NCBI GenBank assembly: GCA_951406725.2
Contig: OX597832.1
Coordinates: forward strand, 43,586,001-43,650,000
Direction: 5' to 3'
Length of the DNA: 64,000 bases
From: Octopus vulgaris
Taxonomy: Eukaryota
Under the pieces are notes generated by a model, which saw only the letters and a program-made list of their open reading frames with translations, was not told the DNA's origin and ran no database searches. The stretch's first letter is position 1. The number at the start of each line of letters is the position of its first letter. Shown here piece after piece: positions 25,148 through 37,865 of this stretch. The position numbers were made by a program, and so were the translations under genes.

Positions 25148-25581
25148 TTGTCCCCCTAGCATTGATTGACAACCGATGCTGGTGTGTTTACGTCCCCGTC
25201 ACTTAGCGGTTCGGCAAAAGAGACCGATAGGATAAGTACTGGGGCTTACAAAGAATAAGTCCCGGGGTCGATTTGCTCGACTAAAGGCGGTGCTCCAGCA
25301 TGGCCGCAGTCAAATGACTGAAACAAGTAAAAGAGTAAAAGAGTAAAGAGTACACAAAATACAAATTGTAGGAAAGATGATTGAATTAATTATTTTCTTT
25401 ATGAAACAACTTCAGTTTCTATGGTTTAAAAATTTTTTTACTGCGCTGCAAATATTTAAAGGACTACCATAATCATCTTTTATAGTCTGTAGCTAGATTT
25501 AAGAATAGCTACAAAATTAGTAGGTATTTTGTTAGATAATGTATAAAGCATTAAATATAGAATCTTCCAAAAATCCAAGTT

Positions 25582-25621
<40 letters not shown>

Positions 25622-26240
25622 GCTTAACGTCCGTTTTCCATGCTAGCATGGGTTGGACGGTTCAACCAGGGTCTGGGAAGCCAGGAGGCTGCACCAGGCT
25701 CCAGTCTGATCTGGCAGTGTTTCTACAGCTGGATGCCCTTCCTAACGCCAACCACTCCGTGAGTGTAGTGGGTGCTTTTTACGTGCCACCAGCACAGGTG
25801 CCAGGGTTGGCTGGCAACGGCCTTGATCAGTTGGTGCTTTTTACATGCCACCAGCACAGAAGCTAGTCAAGGCGACGCTGGCATTGGCCACATACAGATG
25901 GTGCTTTTTAGGTGCCAGGGTAGGCTGGCAACGGCCACGATCGGTTGGTGGTTTTTACGTGCCACCGACACGGAAGCCAGTCAAGGCGACGCTGGCATTG
26001 GCCACATACAGATGGTGCTTTTTAGGTGCCAGGGTAGGCTGGCAACGGCCACAATTGGTTGGTGCTTTTTACGTGCCACCAGCAGAGAACATGAATGAGT
26101 GGAGATGATAGAGAAAAAAAAATGAAATGAAATAGACAGGGAGAAAGAGTAAGATCTTTTTTTATAGAATTAAAACTATACAAATTGAATAAAATTGAAT
26201 AAAACTATAAAATTCAATAAAATAAAAGAAATCTACTCAC

Positions 26241-26382
26241 TATGATGATATAATTTTTCCTGCAGCTGAGATCTGATTCTTGTAAAATCCTAGCAATAAG
26301 AAGAGTGTTTTCTCTTCTATTCAGTTGTTGGTTTTCATTGTAAAAATTGAAAAACTACACGAAAATACTATGCCGAAATGAC
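26241..26382 (-). pseudogene. Gene B: C-terminal domain exon 1 with apparent 1-nt frameshift
   Basis: TTTCAG acceptor and GTGAGT donor. Length is 142 nt; phase 1-0 needs 143. Adding one T to the T5 run (26350-26354) gives GHFGIVFSCSFFNFYNENQQLNRRENTLLIARILQESDLSCRKNYIII, homologous to the A and C exons. Confidence 0.65.
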
Positions 26383-26594
26383 CTGAAAGAAAAATTTAGA
26401 AATTGAAAATTATAAAACAAAAATAAATTATACAAGTAAAAATATGACTGCAGAAAACCATTGAAATCAGTGGGAAGTGGAAAAAGGTTAGTCGATTACA
26501 TCAACCCTATTACTTGGCTTGTATTTATTTTATTGACCCCTGAAAGGGTGAAAAATAAAAATCAACATTAGCAGAATTTGAACTCAAAATGTAA

Positions 26595-26800
26595 AGCAAG
26601 ATGGTCACGTACTACGGATGGACGAGGAGAGATGTGTGAAGAAGTGCCACTCCCAAACAGTTGAAGGAATTCGGAGTAGAGGTAGACCCAGGAAGACATA
26701 GAATGAGGTGGCCAAGCACGACCTTCGAACGTTGGGCCCCATAGAGGCAATGACGAAAGACCGAGATCTCTGGAGATATGCTGTGACTGTGAAGACCTGA
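26595..26800 (+). mobile_element. RTE LINE 3' end fragment
   Basis: HVLRMD..RCVK...GRPRKT*.EV.KHDL...AMTKDRDLWR is an RTE ORF C-terminus. Confidence 0.65.
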
Positions 26801-28564
26801 CAAATAACGTGAGTTCATGGCTGTTTCCTACACCAGTTTTGCATAGCAGCCCCAGCCCATCCAAAGTACCTTGGATCACAGAACAACCTGCTGTGCTTAC
26901 CTTGGATCGTAGGGTGACCTGCTGTGCTTGAGGAGACCTATTGAGTCAAGTATATCAACATCAAAATAAAAATCAAATGGAAATTGTAGTTGTGATAGCT
27001 GTGCCGGTGGCATGTAAAACGCACCATCCGAACATGGCCTATGCCAGTGCCGCCTTGACTGGCTTCTATGCCGGTGGCATGTAAAAAGCACCAACCGATT
27101 GTGGCCGCTGCCAGCCTCCCCTGATACCTGTGCCGGTGGCACGCAAAAACCATCCACTACACTCTCGGAGTGGTTGATGTTAGGAAGGGCATCCAGCTGT
27201 AGAAACACTGCCGGATCAGACTGGAACCTGGTGCAGCCTCCTGGCTTCCCAGACCTCGAATCGAACCGTCCAACCCGTGCTAGCATGGAAAATGGACATC
27301 AAACGATGATGATTTGTTCAGTGTGCTGATGATTCGGCCATCTCATCATTGCAAGGCATTTTGTCAGACACTCTTGTTCCTGTCAATTGTTATTTGACAT
27401 TTCTAAATATATAAAAACCTCAAAGATACAATTTTCTGAGTTTAGAAGTCATATATTAAGTAATTATCTACATAATACATACGATATAGTGCATATAGAT
27501 GGTAAATGTACTTCATTTCCAAATTTATTCCTGTCAAATTTTATCCGTTATTTTTGTGGTTTATAGAACCTAGCTGTTCTCTCTAATGTGTTGAATTTCA
27601 CGCTAATTGAAATTCCTTATGTGTATAAATTTGCACTATATCGTATGACTAATATATAGTCTTCTTGACTAATTTTTCTTGCACGTTAGACCACTGGAAA
27701 CGTAGATTTTGATTGAATATTTTAAATTCCATTTCCCTTTGATATGATTATACATAATACATACATATATACATCATATATCCAGGCATATTCCCCAATT
27801 TTTTAGGAAGGGTAGCCACAACAAGACACACACCAGGTATTCCATTCATTTCCCAGCTCAGAATTTACAAATAGTATCGCCCAGCATTGCTCAGATTTGT
27901 AAGGGAAATAACTATAAAGCATTTTTAGAGAGTTATAGCCAAAAAAATAGCAAAAAATGCATTAAAAATGGGAAAAAAATTATGGTAAATTTTTTTTTAA
28001 ATCGTTGACTCATCGTAGACATTTTTAGAGAGTTACTTCCCTTTATTTAAAGAATATGCATTAAAATGGAAAAAAATTATGGTAAAATATTTTTTAAATC
28101 GTAGACTCATCGTAGACGCGCGCTAATACCCAGAAGGGCTCGATATGAATCACGACTATAAGATACCCGCTTTTGGTTAAACTGCATCGCAAAATGTGGG
28201 AGTAGTTAGGAATCTAAATCGGAGTAGACAGACACACAACCTTTCTTTTATATATAAAGATTAATATTACTTATCATGGCTAACCACATTGGGGAGGGGG
28301 TTGTTACTGTAGCTTTATAGCCCCAAGAGATCTTCGTCTCTAGCTGGCTCTAAACACAATATCTGTGTCTTTGGAGTATTTGCAAAGGGAGGCCATCCCT
28401 TCCTCGCAAGCCTGAGTGATACGCTCGAACTAGTTTTGGAATGTTTGTCCCTCGTCAACGGGCGGCAACCACCAGGTAGCGATGAAAGTGAAGGCTCCTT
28501 TGCAAATAGATATTCACTGTTTTAATATGCTTATTCCAAAATTATTTCAAAACACGGAACTTAC

Positions 28565-28732
28565 CTCTGCTTGTTAGATATGAATCATTTGTGTTGCTAG
28601 GAGGTTTACAGGATTTCTCGTGAAGAGGCCATGCAGATATTTGACAAGATATTGAGCAATATTTTGCAATTTTGCATTTGGTACATTTCATTAAATGTTC
28701 ATCTAACTTTCCACAGTAATCACATTTTTCAG
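28565..28732 (-). CDS. Gene B: tandem MYND exon copy 4 (168 bp, phase 1-1)
   Basis: EKCDYCGKLDEHLMKCTKCKIAKYCSISCQISAWPLHEKSCKPPS... AAG acceptor, GTAAGT donor. Confidence 0.82.
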
Positions 28733-29807
28733 CTTCATAAATCAAGGAACCAACCAATGTATGTAAATAAAAGATATACATCAACATATAACGAAGGTTT
28801 ATATAAGAACGACAAAACAATATCAGTCTACTTATATAGGAAATCAAATGTAATTTATATTTTTGGTTGTTTCTTCAAACCAAAAAATAAGACAAAACAG
28901 TAATTAGATGATGTTATTTAATCATGTATTAAATGTTAATTATTGGATTAAATTAATTTGTTTAACATCTCTGTATTTCGTCCGCTGTTACATTCTGAGT
29001 TCAAATTCCACCAAGGTCAACTTTGCCTTTCATCCTTTCGGGGTCAATTAAATAAGTACCAGTTACGCACTGGGGTTGATATAATCGACTTAATCTATTT
29101 GTCTGTCCTTGTTTGTCCTCTCTGTGTTTAGCCGCTTGTGGGTAGTAAAGAAATAGGTATTTCGTCTGCTGTTACGTTGTGAGTTCAAATTCCACCAAGG
29201 TCGACTTTGCCTTTCATCCTTTCGGGGTCGATAAATTAAGTACCAGTTACGCACTGGGGTCGATGTAATCGACTTAATCCCTTTGTCTGTCCTTGTTTGT
29301 CCCCTCTATGTTTATCCCCTTGTGGGCAATAAAGAAATAAGAAAACTGATAATCTTTAACATGGGGATGGTTCAGCTATATACATACGAAAAATAGCAAG
29401 TAACAAAGTTCTCCATTGCCAAGCTCCAAATGTTTTTGAATAGCTGTCTTCAGAACATCCTTCGGACAAGATAGCAAGACAGTCTCACAAACAAAGCCTT
29501 ATGAGAACAGATGAACCAGTAACTTATCAAACCCAGATCAAGAGATGGAGCCAGATTTAGATGCCATTCCACATTTAGTTCTGTCCATGTTCACCGAGTT
29601 AAAATACTTCTTGTGTTGATTGTACTTTTCTTTTACTTTCTGGGCTCAATGAAGTAGGTAACAGTAACATGCCATTAGTGATTCGATGGCCTGTATGATT
29701 CACCTACAAATTAGTGAACCTTGAGTCTGTGTGATAAATTAATAAATGTAAGATATTCACTGTTTTAATATGCTTATTCCAAAATTATTTCAAAACACAG
29801 AACTTAC

Positions 29808-29975
29808 CTCTGCCTGTTAGATGTGAATCATTTGAGTTGCTAGGAGGTTTACAGGATTCCTTGTGAAGAGGCCATGCGGATATTTGACAAGTTAATGAGC
29901 AATATTTTGTAATTTTACATTTGACACAGTTCATTAAATGTTCATCTAACTTTCCACAGTTATCACATTTTTCAG
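29808..29975 (-). CDS. Gene B: tandem MYND exon copy 3 (168 bp, phase 1-1)
   Basis: EKCDNCGKLDEHLMNCVKCKITKYCSLTCQISAWPLHKESCKPPS... AAG acceptor, GTAAGT donor. Confidence 0.82.
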
Positions 29976-31029
29976 CTTCATAAATCAAGGAACCAACCAA
30001 TGTATGTAAATAAAAGATATACATCAACATATAACGAAGGTTTATTTTTCTTTTAAACAGATCTCATAAGAACGACAAAACAATATCAGTCTACTTATAT
30101 AGGAAATCAAATGTAATTTATATTTTTGGTTGTTTCTTCAAACCAAAAAATAAGACAAAACAGTAATTAGATGATGTTATTTAATCATGTATTAAATGTT
30201 AATTATTGGATTAAATTAATTTGTTTAACATCTCGGTATTTCGTCCGCTGTTACATTCTGAGTTCAAATTCCACCAAGGTCAACTTTGCCTTTCATCCTT
30301 TCGGGGTCAATTAAATAAGTACCAGTTACGCACTGGGGTTGATATAATCGACTTAATCTATTTGTCTGTCCTTGTTTGTCCTTTCTGTGTTTAGCCGCTT
30401 GTGGGTAGTAAAGAAATAGGTATTTCGTCTGCCGCTACGTTCTGAGTTCAAATTCCGCCAAGGTCGACTTTGCCTTTCATCCTTTCGAGGTCGATAAATT
30501 AAGTACCAGTTACGCACTGGGGTCGATGTAATCGACTTAATACCTATGTCTGTCCTTGTTTGTCCCCTCTATGTTTAGCCCCTTGTGGGTAATAAAGAAA
30601 TAGGTACTTAATTTAATCGACCCCGAAAGGTTCTCCATTGCCAAGCTCCAAATGTTTTTGAATAGTTGTCTTCAGAACTTCCTTTGGACAAGATAGCAAG
30701 ACAGTCTCACAAACAAAGCCTTATGAGAACAGATGAACCAGTAACTTATCAAACCCAGATCAAGAGATGGAGCCAGGGTTAGATGCCATTCCACATTTAG
30801 TTCTGTCCATGTTCACCGAGTTAAAATACTTCTTGTGTTGATTGTACTTTTCTTTTACTTTCTGGGCTCAATGAAGTAGGTAACAGTAACATACCATTAG
30901 TGATTCGATGGCCTGTATGATTCACCTACAAATTAGTGAACATTGAGTCTGTGTGATAAATTAATAAATGTAAGATATTCACTGTTTTAATATGCTTATT
31001 CCAAAATTATTTCAAAACACAGAACTTAC

Positions 31030-31197
31030 CTCTGCCTGTTAGATGTGAATCATTTGAGTTGCTAGGAGGTTTACAGGATTTCTTGTGAAGAGGCCATGCA
31101 GATATTTGACAAGATTTTGAGCAATATCTTGCAATTTTGCATTTGGCACATTTCTTTAAATGTTCATCTAACTTTCCACAGTTATCACATTTTTCAG
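31030..31197 (-). CDS. Gene B: tandem MYND exon copy 2 (168 bp, phase 1-1)
   Basis: [45 protein letters not shown]... AAG acceptor, GTAAGT donor. Confidence 0.82.
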
Positions 31198-32292
31198 CTT
31201 CATAAATCAAGGAACCAACCAATGTATGTAAATAAAAGATATACATCAACATATAACGAAGGTTTATTTTTCTTTTAAACAGATCTCATAAGAACGACAA
31301 AACAATATCAGTCTACTTATATAGGAAATCAAATGTAATTTATATTTTTGGTTGTTTCTTCAAACCAAAAAATAAGACAAAACAGTAATTAGATGATGTT
31401 ATTTAATCATGTATTAAATGTTAATTATTGGATTAAATTAATTTGTTTAACATCTCTGTATTTCGTCCGCTGTTACATTCTGAGTTCAAATTCCACCGAG
31501 GTCAACATTGCTTTTCATCCTTTCGGGGTCAATTAAATAAGTACCAGTTACGCACTGGGGTTGATATAATCGACTTAATCTATTTGTCTGTCCTTGTTTG
31601 TCCTCTCTGTGTTTAGCCGCTTGTGGGTAGTAAAGAAATAGGTATTTCGTCTGCTGTTACGTTGTGAGTTCAAATTCCGCCAAGGTCGACTTTGCCTTTC
31701 ATCCTTTCGGGGTCGATAAATTAAGTACCAGTTACGCACTGGGGTCGATATAATCGACTTAATACCTATGTCTGTCCTTGTTTGTCCCCTCTATGTTTAT
31801 CCCCTTGTGGGCAATAAAGAAATAAGAAAACTGATAATCTTTAACATGGGGATGGTTCAGCTATATACATACGAAAAATAGCAAGTAACAAAGTTCTCCA
31901 TTGCCAAGCTCCAAATGTTTTTGAATAGCTGTCTTCAGAACATCCTTCGGACAAGATAGCAAGACAGTCTCACAAACAAAGCCTTATGAGAACAGATGAA
32001 CCAGTAACTTATCAAACCCAGATCAAGAGATGGAGCCAGGGTTAGATGCCATTCCACATTTAGTTCTGTCCATGTTCACCGAGTTAAAATACTTCTTGTG
32101 TTGATTGTACTTTTCTTTTACTTTCTGGGCTCAATGAAGTAGGTAACAGTAACATACCATTAGTGATTCGATGGCCTGTATGATTCACCTACAAATTAGT
32201 GAACCTTGAGTCTGTGTGATAAATTAATAAATGTAAGATATTCACTGTTTTAATATGCTTATTCCAAAATTATTTCAAAACACAGAACTTAC

Positions 32293-32445
32293 CTCTGCCT
32301 GTTAGATGTGAATCATTTGAGTTGCTAGAAGATTTACAGGATTCCTTGTGAGGAGACCAAAATATTGAGAAATATTTTGCAATTTTACATTTGTCACATT
32401 TGATTAAATGTTCATCTAACTTTCCACAGTAATCACATTTTTCAG
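32293..32445 (-). CDS. Gene B: tandem MYND exon copy 1 (degenerate, 15-bp in-frame deletion)
   Basis: EKCDYCGKLDEHLIKCDKCKIAKYFSIFWSPHKESCK... lacks Cys5/Cys6. Splice sites intact, 153 bp, phase 1-1. Confidence 0.7.
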
Positions 32446-33187
32446 CTTCATAAATCAAGGAACCAACCAATGTATGTAAATAAAAGATATACATCAACAT
32501 ATAACGAAGGTTTATTTTTATAAAAGATAGAACTCACAAAAATAAGAAAACACTCTCAGACTATTTACAAAGGAAGTCAAATATAATCTAAATTCTTGGG
32601 TTTTTTTCTTCAAATGGAACAAAAGAACAGAACAAAATGCTAATTAAATGCTGTAATTCAATCCTGTTTTGAATATCAATTAGTGGATTAAACTCCTGCT
32701 TAAATTAAACTCCTAAATGTCTGCTTTTCCATGCTAGCCATAAGTTGGAGAGAAAATGTTTAAGGCTTAAATTTTACAGTCAGGTGGTTGCCCTGTCACC
32801 AACCTGTACTGGTTTCTCAAATAGGGGTTTTCCCTGCAGGTCTTTAAAAGTGCAGAGTGACCAGTTAAAATGTCAACATGGAAAGTTAAATATTATTCAC
32901 TGTTGCACTCAAATGAAGCCTTATGTCAACATATTTGCACATTCAGACACACATACACAACAGAGTTTCTGCAATTTTTCTCTACCACATTCAGTCATAA
33001 GGCATTAGCCAATCCAAAGATACTGCAGAAGACATTCTGCAATATACATACATACATACATACATCACCATGATCACTGTGACTGACCAAACTATCAGAT
33101 GTTGCTACACATCGCTGGGCACAATGTGCTTCGCATTGTTTTAGACTTCAAATGACGCCACCTTGCTGGCTAAGTGAGCAGGCCTTA

Positions 33188-33980
33188 CATACATACATAC
33201 GTACATACATACATACATACATACATACATACATACATACATAAATACATACATACATAAATACATACATAAATACATAAATACATACATACATACATAC
33301 ATACATACATAAATACATACATACATACATAAATACATAAATACATACATAAATACATACATACATACATACATACATACATACATAAATACATACATAC
33401 ATACATACATACATAAATACATACATATATACATACATACATACATAAATACATACATAAATACATACATACATACATACATACATACATACATACATAC
33501 ATACATACATAAATACATACATACATACATACATAAATACATAAATACATACATACATACATACATAAATACATAAATACATACATATATACATACATAC
33601 ATACATAAATACATACATAAATACATACATACATACATACATACATACATAAATACATACATACATACATACATACATACATAAATACATACATACATAC
33701 ATACATACATACATACATACATAAATACATACATACATATATACATACATACATACATACATAAATACATACATACATACATACATACATACATACATAA
33801 ATACATACATAAATACATACATACATACATAAATACATACATAAATACATACATAAATACATACATACATACATACATACATACATACATACATACATAC
33901 ATACATACATACATGCATACATAAATACATACATACATACATACACACATACATAAATACATAAATACATACATACATAT
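33188..33980. repeat. (ATAC)n/(ATAA) microsatellite, ~800 bp
   Basis: Direct reading. Other large microsatellites at 4381-4500, 24300-24565, 39357-39640, 39995-40360, 43150-44250, 56630-56887 and 62715-63615. Confidence 0.95.
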
Positions 33981-34345
33981 ATATGGAACCGCATTAGCGG
34001 TCAAGGTGATGAAATATAGGTGTGTCAGTGAACAGTAAACAAGGGAAGGGGCATAAATAATATTAAGCAATGAATATCAGTTTGGGGGAAGGTGAAGGGA
34101 ATAAAAGGGGGTCGAGCAGAAGAAGGTGATAAGCGGATTTCAAAAACAAGGGAGCGGGTGGAGAGCAGCATTGTAAGAAATAGGGAGAGCAGCATTGTAA
34201 GAAATAGGGAGAGCAGCATTGTAAGAAATGATGTGAAGTATGGGAGAGAGAGAGAGTGGGGTGGGATCAGTAATAAGGGGGGGAATCAAAGGCATATGCT
34301 TTAAAAATCTCCAAATATTCAAAAGAAATCGGAAAAGCCAATTAC

Positions 34346-37300
34346 CAATATCCTCTTTGCTCTTCACCTTGACTCTCTTTTTCTTACTCTTCCTCTTCTT
34401 GCTCACTTTCTTCTTACTGTCTATTCCACCATCTTTGCCCTTATAGTCCATATTTCCAGCGTTTCCCTTGCTAGCCTTTCTGTCACTATCCTTTCTGTTG
34501 ATGTCAACTCTGTCGTCTGTCTTACAAGTGGCTCCGTCATTCTCTATATTGACATTGTTGACATTCTTACGCTTTTTTCTTCTATTTCTTTTCTTTTTAG
34601 TCTTATTGCCTACCTTGCTGTCCACCTCACAACCATCCTCATCATCTACGCTCACACTGTTCTCCTTTACTGGATCCTTTTTGATAATTCCCTCCTTGCT
34701 ATACTCATGGCCACTCCCTTTCTCATACTTCATCTCAGCATTCATTTCTGGAGCCTTACAATTGCTTTTAGCATTTCCCTTGCTAGCCTTTGTGTCACTA
34801 TCCTTTCTGTTGATGTCAACTCTTTCGTCTGTCTTACAAGTGGCTCCGTCATTCTCTATATTGACGCTGTTGACATTCTTACTCTTTTTATTCTTATTGC
34901 CTACCTTGCTGTCCCCCTCACAACCATCCCCATCATCAACGCTCACACTGTTCTCCTTCACTGGATCCTTTTTGATACTTCCCTCTTTGCTATACTCATG
35001 GCCACTCCCCTTCTCATACTTCATCTCAGCATTCATTTCTGGAGCCTTACAATTGCTTTTAGCATTTCCCTTGCTAGCCTTTGTGTCACTATCCTTTCCG
35101 TTGATGTCAACTCTGTCGTCTGTCTTACAAGTGGCTTCGTCATTCTCTATATTGACACTGTTGACATTCTTAAGCTTTTTTCTTCTATTTCTTTTCTTTT
35201 TAGTCTTATTGCCTACCTTGCTGTCCACCTCACAACCATCCTCATCATCTACACTCACACTGTTCTCCTTTACTGGATCCTTTTTGATAATTCCCTCCTT
35301 GCTATACTCATGGCCACTCCCTTTCTCATACTTCATCTCAGCATTCATTTCTGGAGCCTTACAATTGCTTTTAGCATTTCCCTTGCTAGCCTTTGTGTCA
35401 CTATCCTTTCTGTTGATGTCAACTCTTTCGTCTGTCTTACAAGTGGCTCCGTCATTCTCTATATTGACACTGTTGACATTCTTACGCTTTTTATTCTTAT
35501 TGCCCACCTTGCTGTCCCCCTCACAACCATCCCCATCATCTACGCTCACACTGTTCTCCTTTACTGGATCCTTTTTGATAATTCCCTCCTTGCTATACTC
35601 ATGGCCACTCCCTTTCTCATACTTCATCTCAGCATTCATTTCTGGAGCCTTACAATTGCTTTTAGCATTTCCCTTGCTAGCCTTTGTGTCACTATCCTTT
35701 CCGTTGATGTCAACTCTGTCGTCTGTCTTACAAGTGGCTCCGTCATTCTCTATATTGACACTGTTGACATTCTTACGCTTTTTTCTTCTATTTCTTTTCT
35801 TTTTAGTCTTATTGCCTACCTTGCTGTCCCCCTCACAACCATCCTCATCATCAACGCTCACACTGTTCTCCTTTACTGGATCCTTTTTGATAATTCCCTC
35901 CTTGCTATACTCATGGCCACTCCCTTTCTCATACTTCATCTCAGCATTCATTTCTGGAGCCTTACAATTGCTTTTAGCATTTCCCTTGCTAGCCTTTGTG
36001 TCACTATCCTTTCTGTTGATGTCAACTCTTTCGTCTGTCTTACAAGTGGCTCCGTCATTCTCTATATTGACACTGTTGACATTCTTATGCTTTTTTCTTC
36101 TATTTCTTTTCTTTTTAGTCTTATTGCCTACCTTGCTGTCCCCCTCACAACCATCCTCATCATCAACGCTCACACTGTTCTCCTTTACTGGATCCTTTTT
36201 GATAATTCCCTCCTTGCTATACTCATGGCCACTCCCCTTCTCATATTTCATCTCAGCATTCATTTCTGGAGCCTTACAATTGCTTTTAGCATTTCCCTTG
36301 CTAGCCTTTGTGTCACTATCCTTTCCGTTGATGTCAACTCTGTCGTCTGTCTTACAAGTGGCTCCGTCATTCTCTTTATTGACACTGTTGACATTCTTAC
36401 GCTTTTTTCTTCTATTTCTTTTCTTTTTATTCTTATTGCCTACCTTGCTGTCCCCCTCACAACCATCCCCATCATCAACGCTCACACTGTTCTCCTTTAC
36501 TGGGTCCTTTTTGATAATTCCCTCCTTGCTATACTCATGGCCACTCCCCTTCTCATATTTCATCTCAGCATTCATTTCTGGAGCCTTACAATTGCTTTTA
36601 GCATTTCCCTTGCTAGCTTTTGTGTCACTATCCTTTCCGTTGATATCAACTCTGTCGTCTGTCTTACTAGTGGCTCCGTCATTCTCTATATTGACGCTGT
36701 TGACATTCTTACTCTTTTTATTCTTATTGCCTACCTTGCTGTCCACCTCACAACCATCCCCATCATCAACTCTCACACTGTTCTCCTTTACTGGGTCCTT
36801 TTTGATAATTCCCTCCTTGCTATACTCATGGCCACTCCCTTTCTCATACTTCATCTCAGCATTCATTTCTGGAGCCTTACAATTGCTTTTAGCAATTCCC
36901 TTGCTAGCCTTTGTGTCACTATCCTTTCCGTTGATATCAACTCTGTTGTCTGTCTTACTAGTGGCTCCGTCATTCTCTATATTGACGCTGTTGACATTCT
37001 TACTCTTTTTATTCTTATTGCCTACCTTGCTGTCCACCTCACAACCATCCCCATCATCAACTCTCACACTGTTCTCCTTTACTGGGTCCTTTTTGATAAT
37101 TCCCTCCTTGCTATACTCATGGCCACTCCCTTTCTCATACTTCATCTCAGCATTCATTTCTGGAGCCTTACAATTGCTTTTAGCAATTCCCTTGCTAGCC
37201 TTTGTGTCACTATCCTTTCCGTTGATGTCAGCTCTGTCGTCTGTCTTACAAGTGGCTCCGTCATTCTCTATATTGACACTGTTGACATTCTTATGCTTTT

Positions 37301-37865
37301 TATTCTTATTGCCCACCTTGCTGTCCCCCTCACAACCATCCCCATCATCAACGCTCACACTGTTCTCCTTTACTGGATCCTTTTTGATAATTCCCTCCTT
37401 GCTATACTCAAGGCCACTCCCCTTCTCATACTTCATCTCAGCATTCATTTCTGGAGCCTTACAATTGCTTTTATGTGATGGCCAATCATATTTCTGGCAG
37501 TCAATTGAACAGTAGTAAGTTGTTTTGCACTTAGAACATTTCCATAAAGGAATATTAGTTCTGAAACATGTTTCACAACAGCTTCCCATTTTACCATTGG
37601 GACTGTCTTTTAAACACTCCTTTTTACTATCTGTTTTTTCATTATTTGATTTTTTTCTAACATTGGGACATGATACTTCTGATTCAGTCAATGGATTTAT
37701 TTGATTCCGTGTAGTTTGAGGAGTAAAACACACTCTGCTGTGTTCTTTTTGGTGCTTTCTTTCACAATTTTTGGAACAATAGGAAACAATTTTGCACTGT
37801 GAACATTGATAAAGAGAAGCTTTCACCTGACCACAATTTTGGCAACAATCTTCAATTTTAACCAT
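34346..37865 (-). CDS. Gene B: large exon with 2 MYND fingers + 10 tandem 97/104-aa charged repeats
   Basis: Acceptor TTTCAG (exon from 37883), ATG at 37865. MYND1 CQNC..CSQC..YCSKNC..H..EHSRVC; MYND2 CETC..CSKC..YCSIDCQKYDWPSHKSNC. Open frame through the repeats. Phase-1 donor G|GTAATT at 34346/34345, the same site as in gene C. Confidence 0.88.
34459..37471 (-). repeat. Coding minisatellite, 10 units of 291/312 bp
   Basis: CAATTGCTTT recurs at spacings 291,312,291,312,312,312,291,291,291. Protein unit KSNCKAPEMNAEMKYEKG...KASKG(N/I)A. Confidence 0.95.

Larger units (their letters stand above)
28510..32515. repeat. ~1.24-kb tandem segmental repeat carrying the four MYND exons of gene B
   Basis: Exon starts at 28732, 29975, 31197 and 32445 (periods 1243/1222/1248). 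Intron and embedded SINE sequence is nearly identical between units. Confidence 0.93.

Noticed and set aside
33141-34070. Long [12 protein letters not shown] ORFs here and at 39.3-40.4, 43.1-44.9, 56.4-56.9, 59.2-59.6 and 61.1-63.8 kb
   Set aside because: Translations of microsatellites.
34140-34345. Hydrophobic tail NWLFRFLLNIW... of the 1253-aa ORF (and 54173-54354 in C)
   Set aside because: Read-through past a conserved phase-1 GT donor that matches the phase of the next MYND exon. Intron retention is not excluded but is unsupported.
34468-37515. 1015-aa and 923-aa hydrophobic plus-strand ORFs resembling membrane proteins
   Set aside because: They are antisense shadows of the Lys/Glu-rich coding repeat. 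The MYND-bearing frame and the splice sites are on the minus strand.
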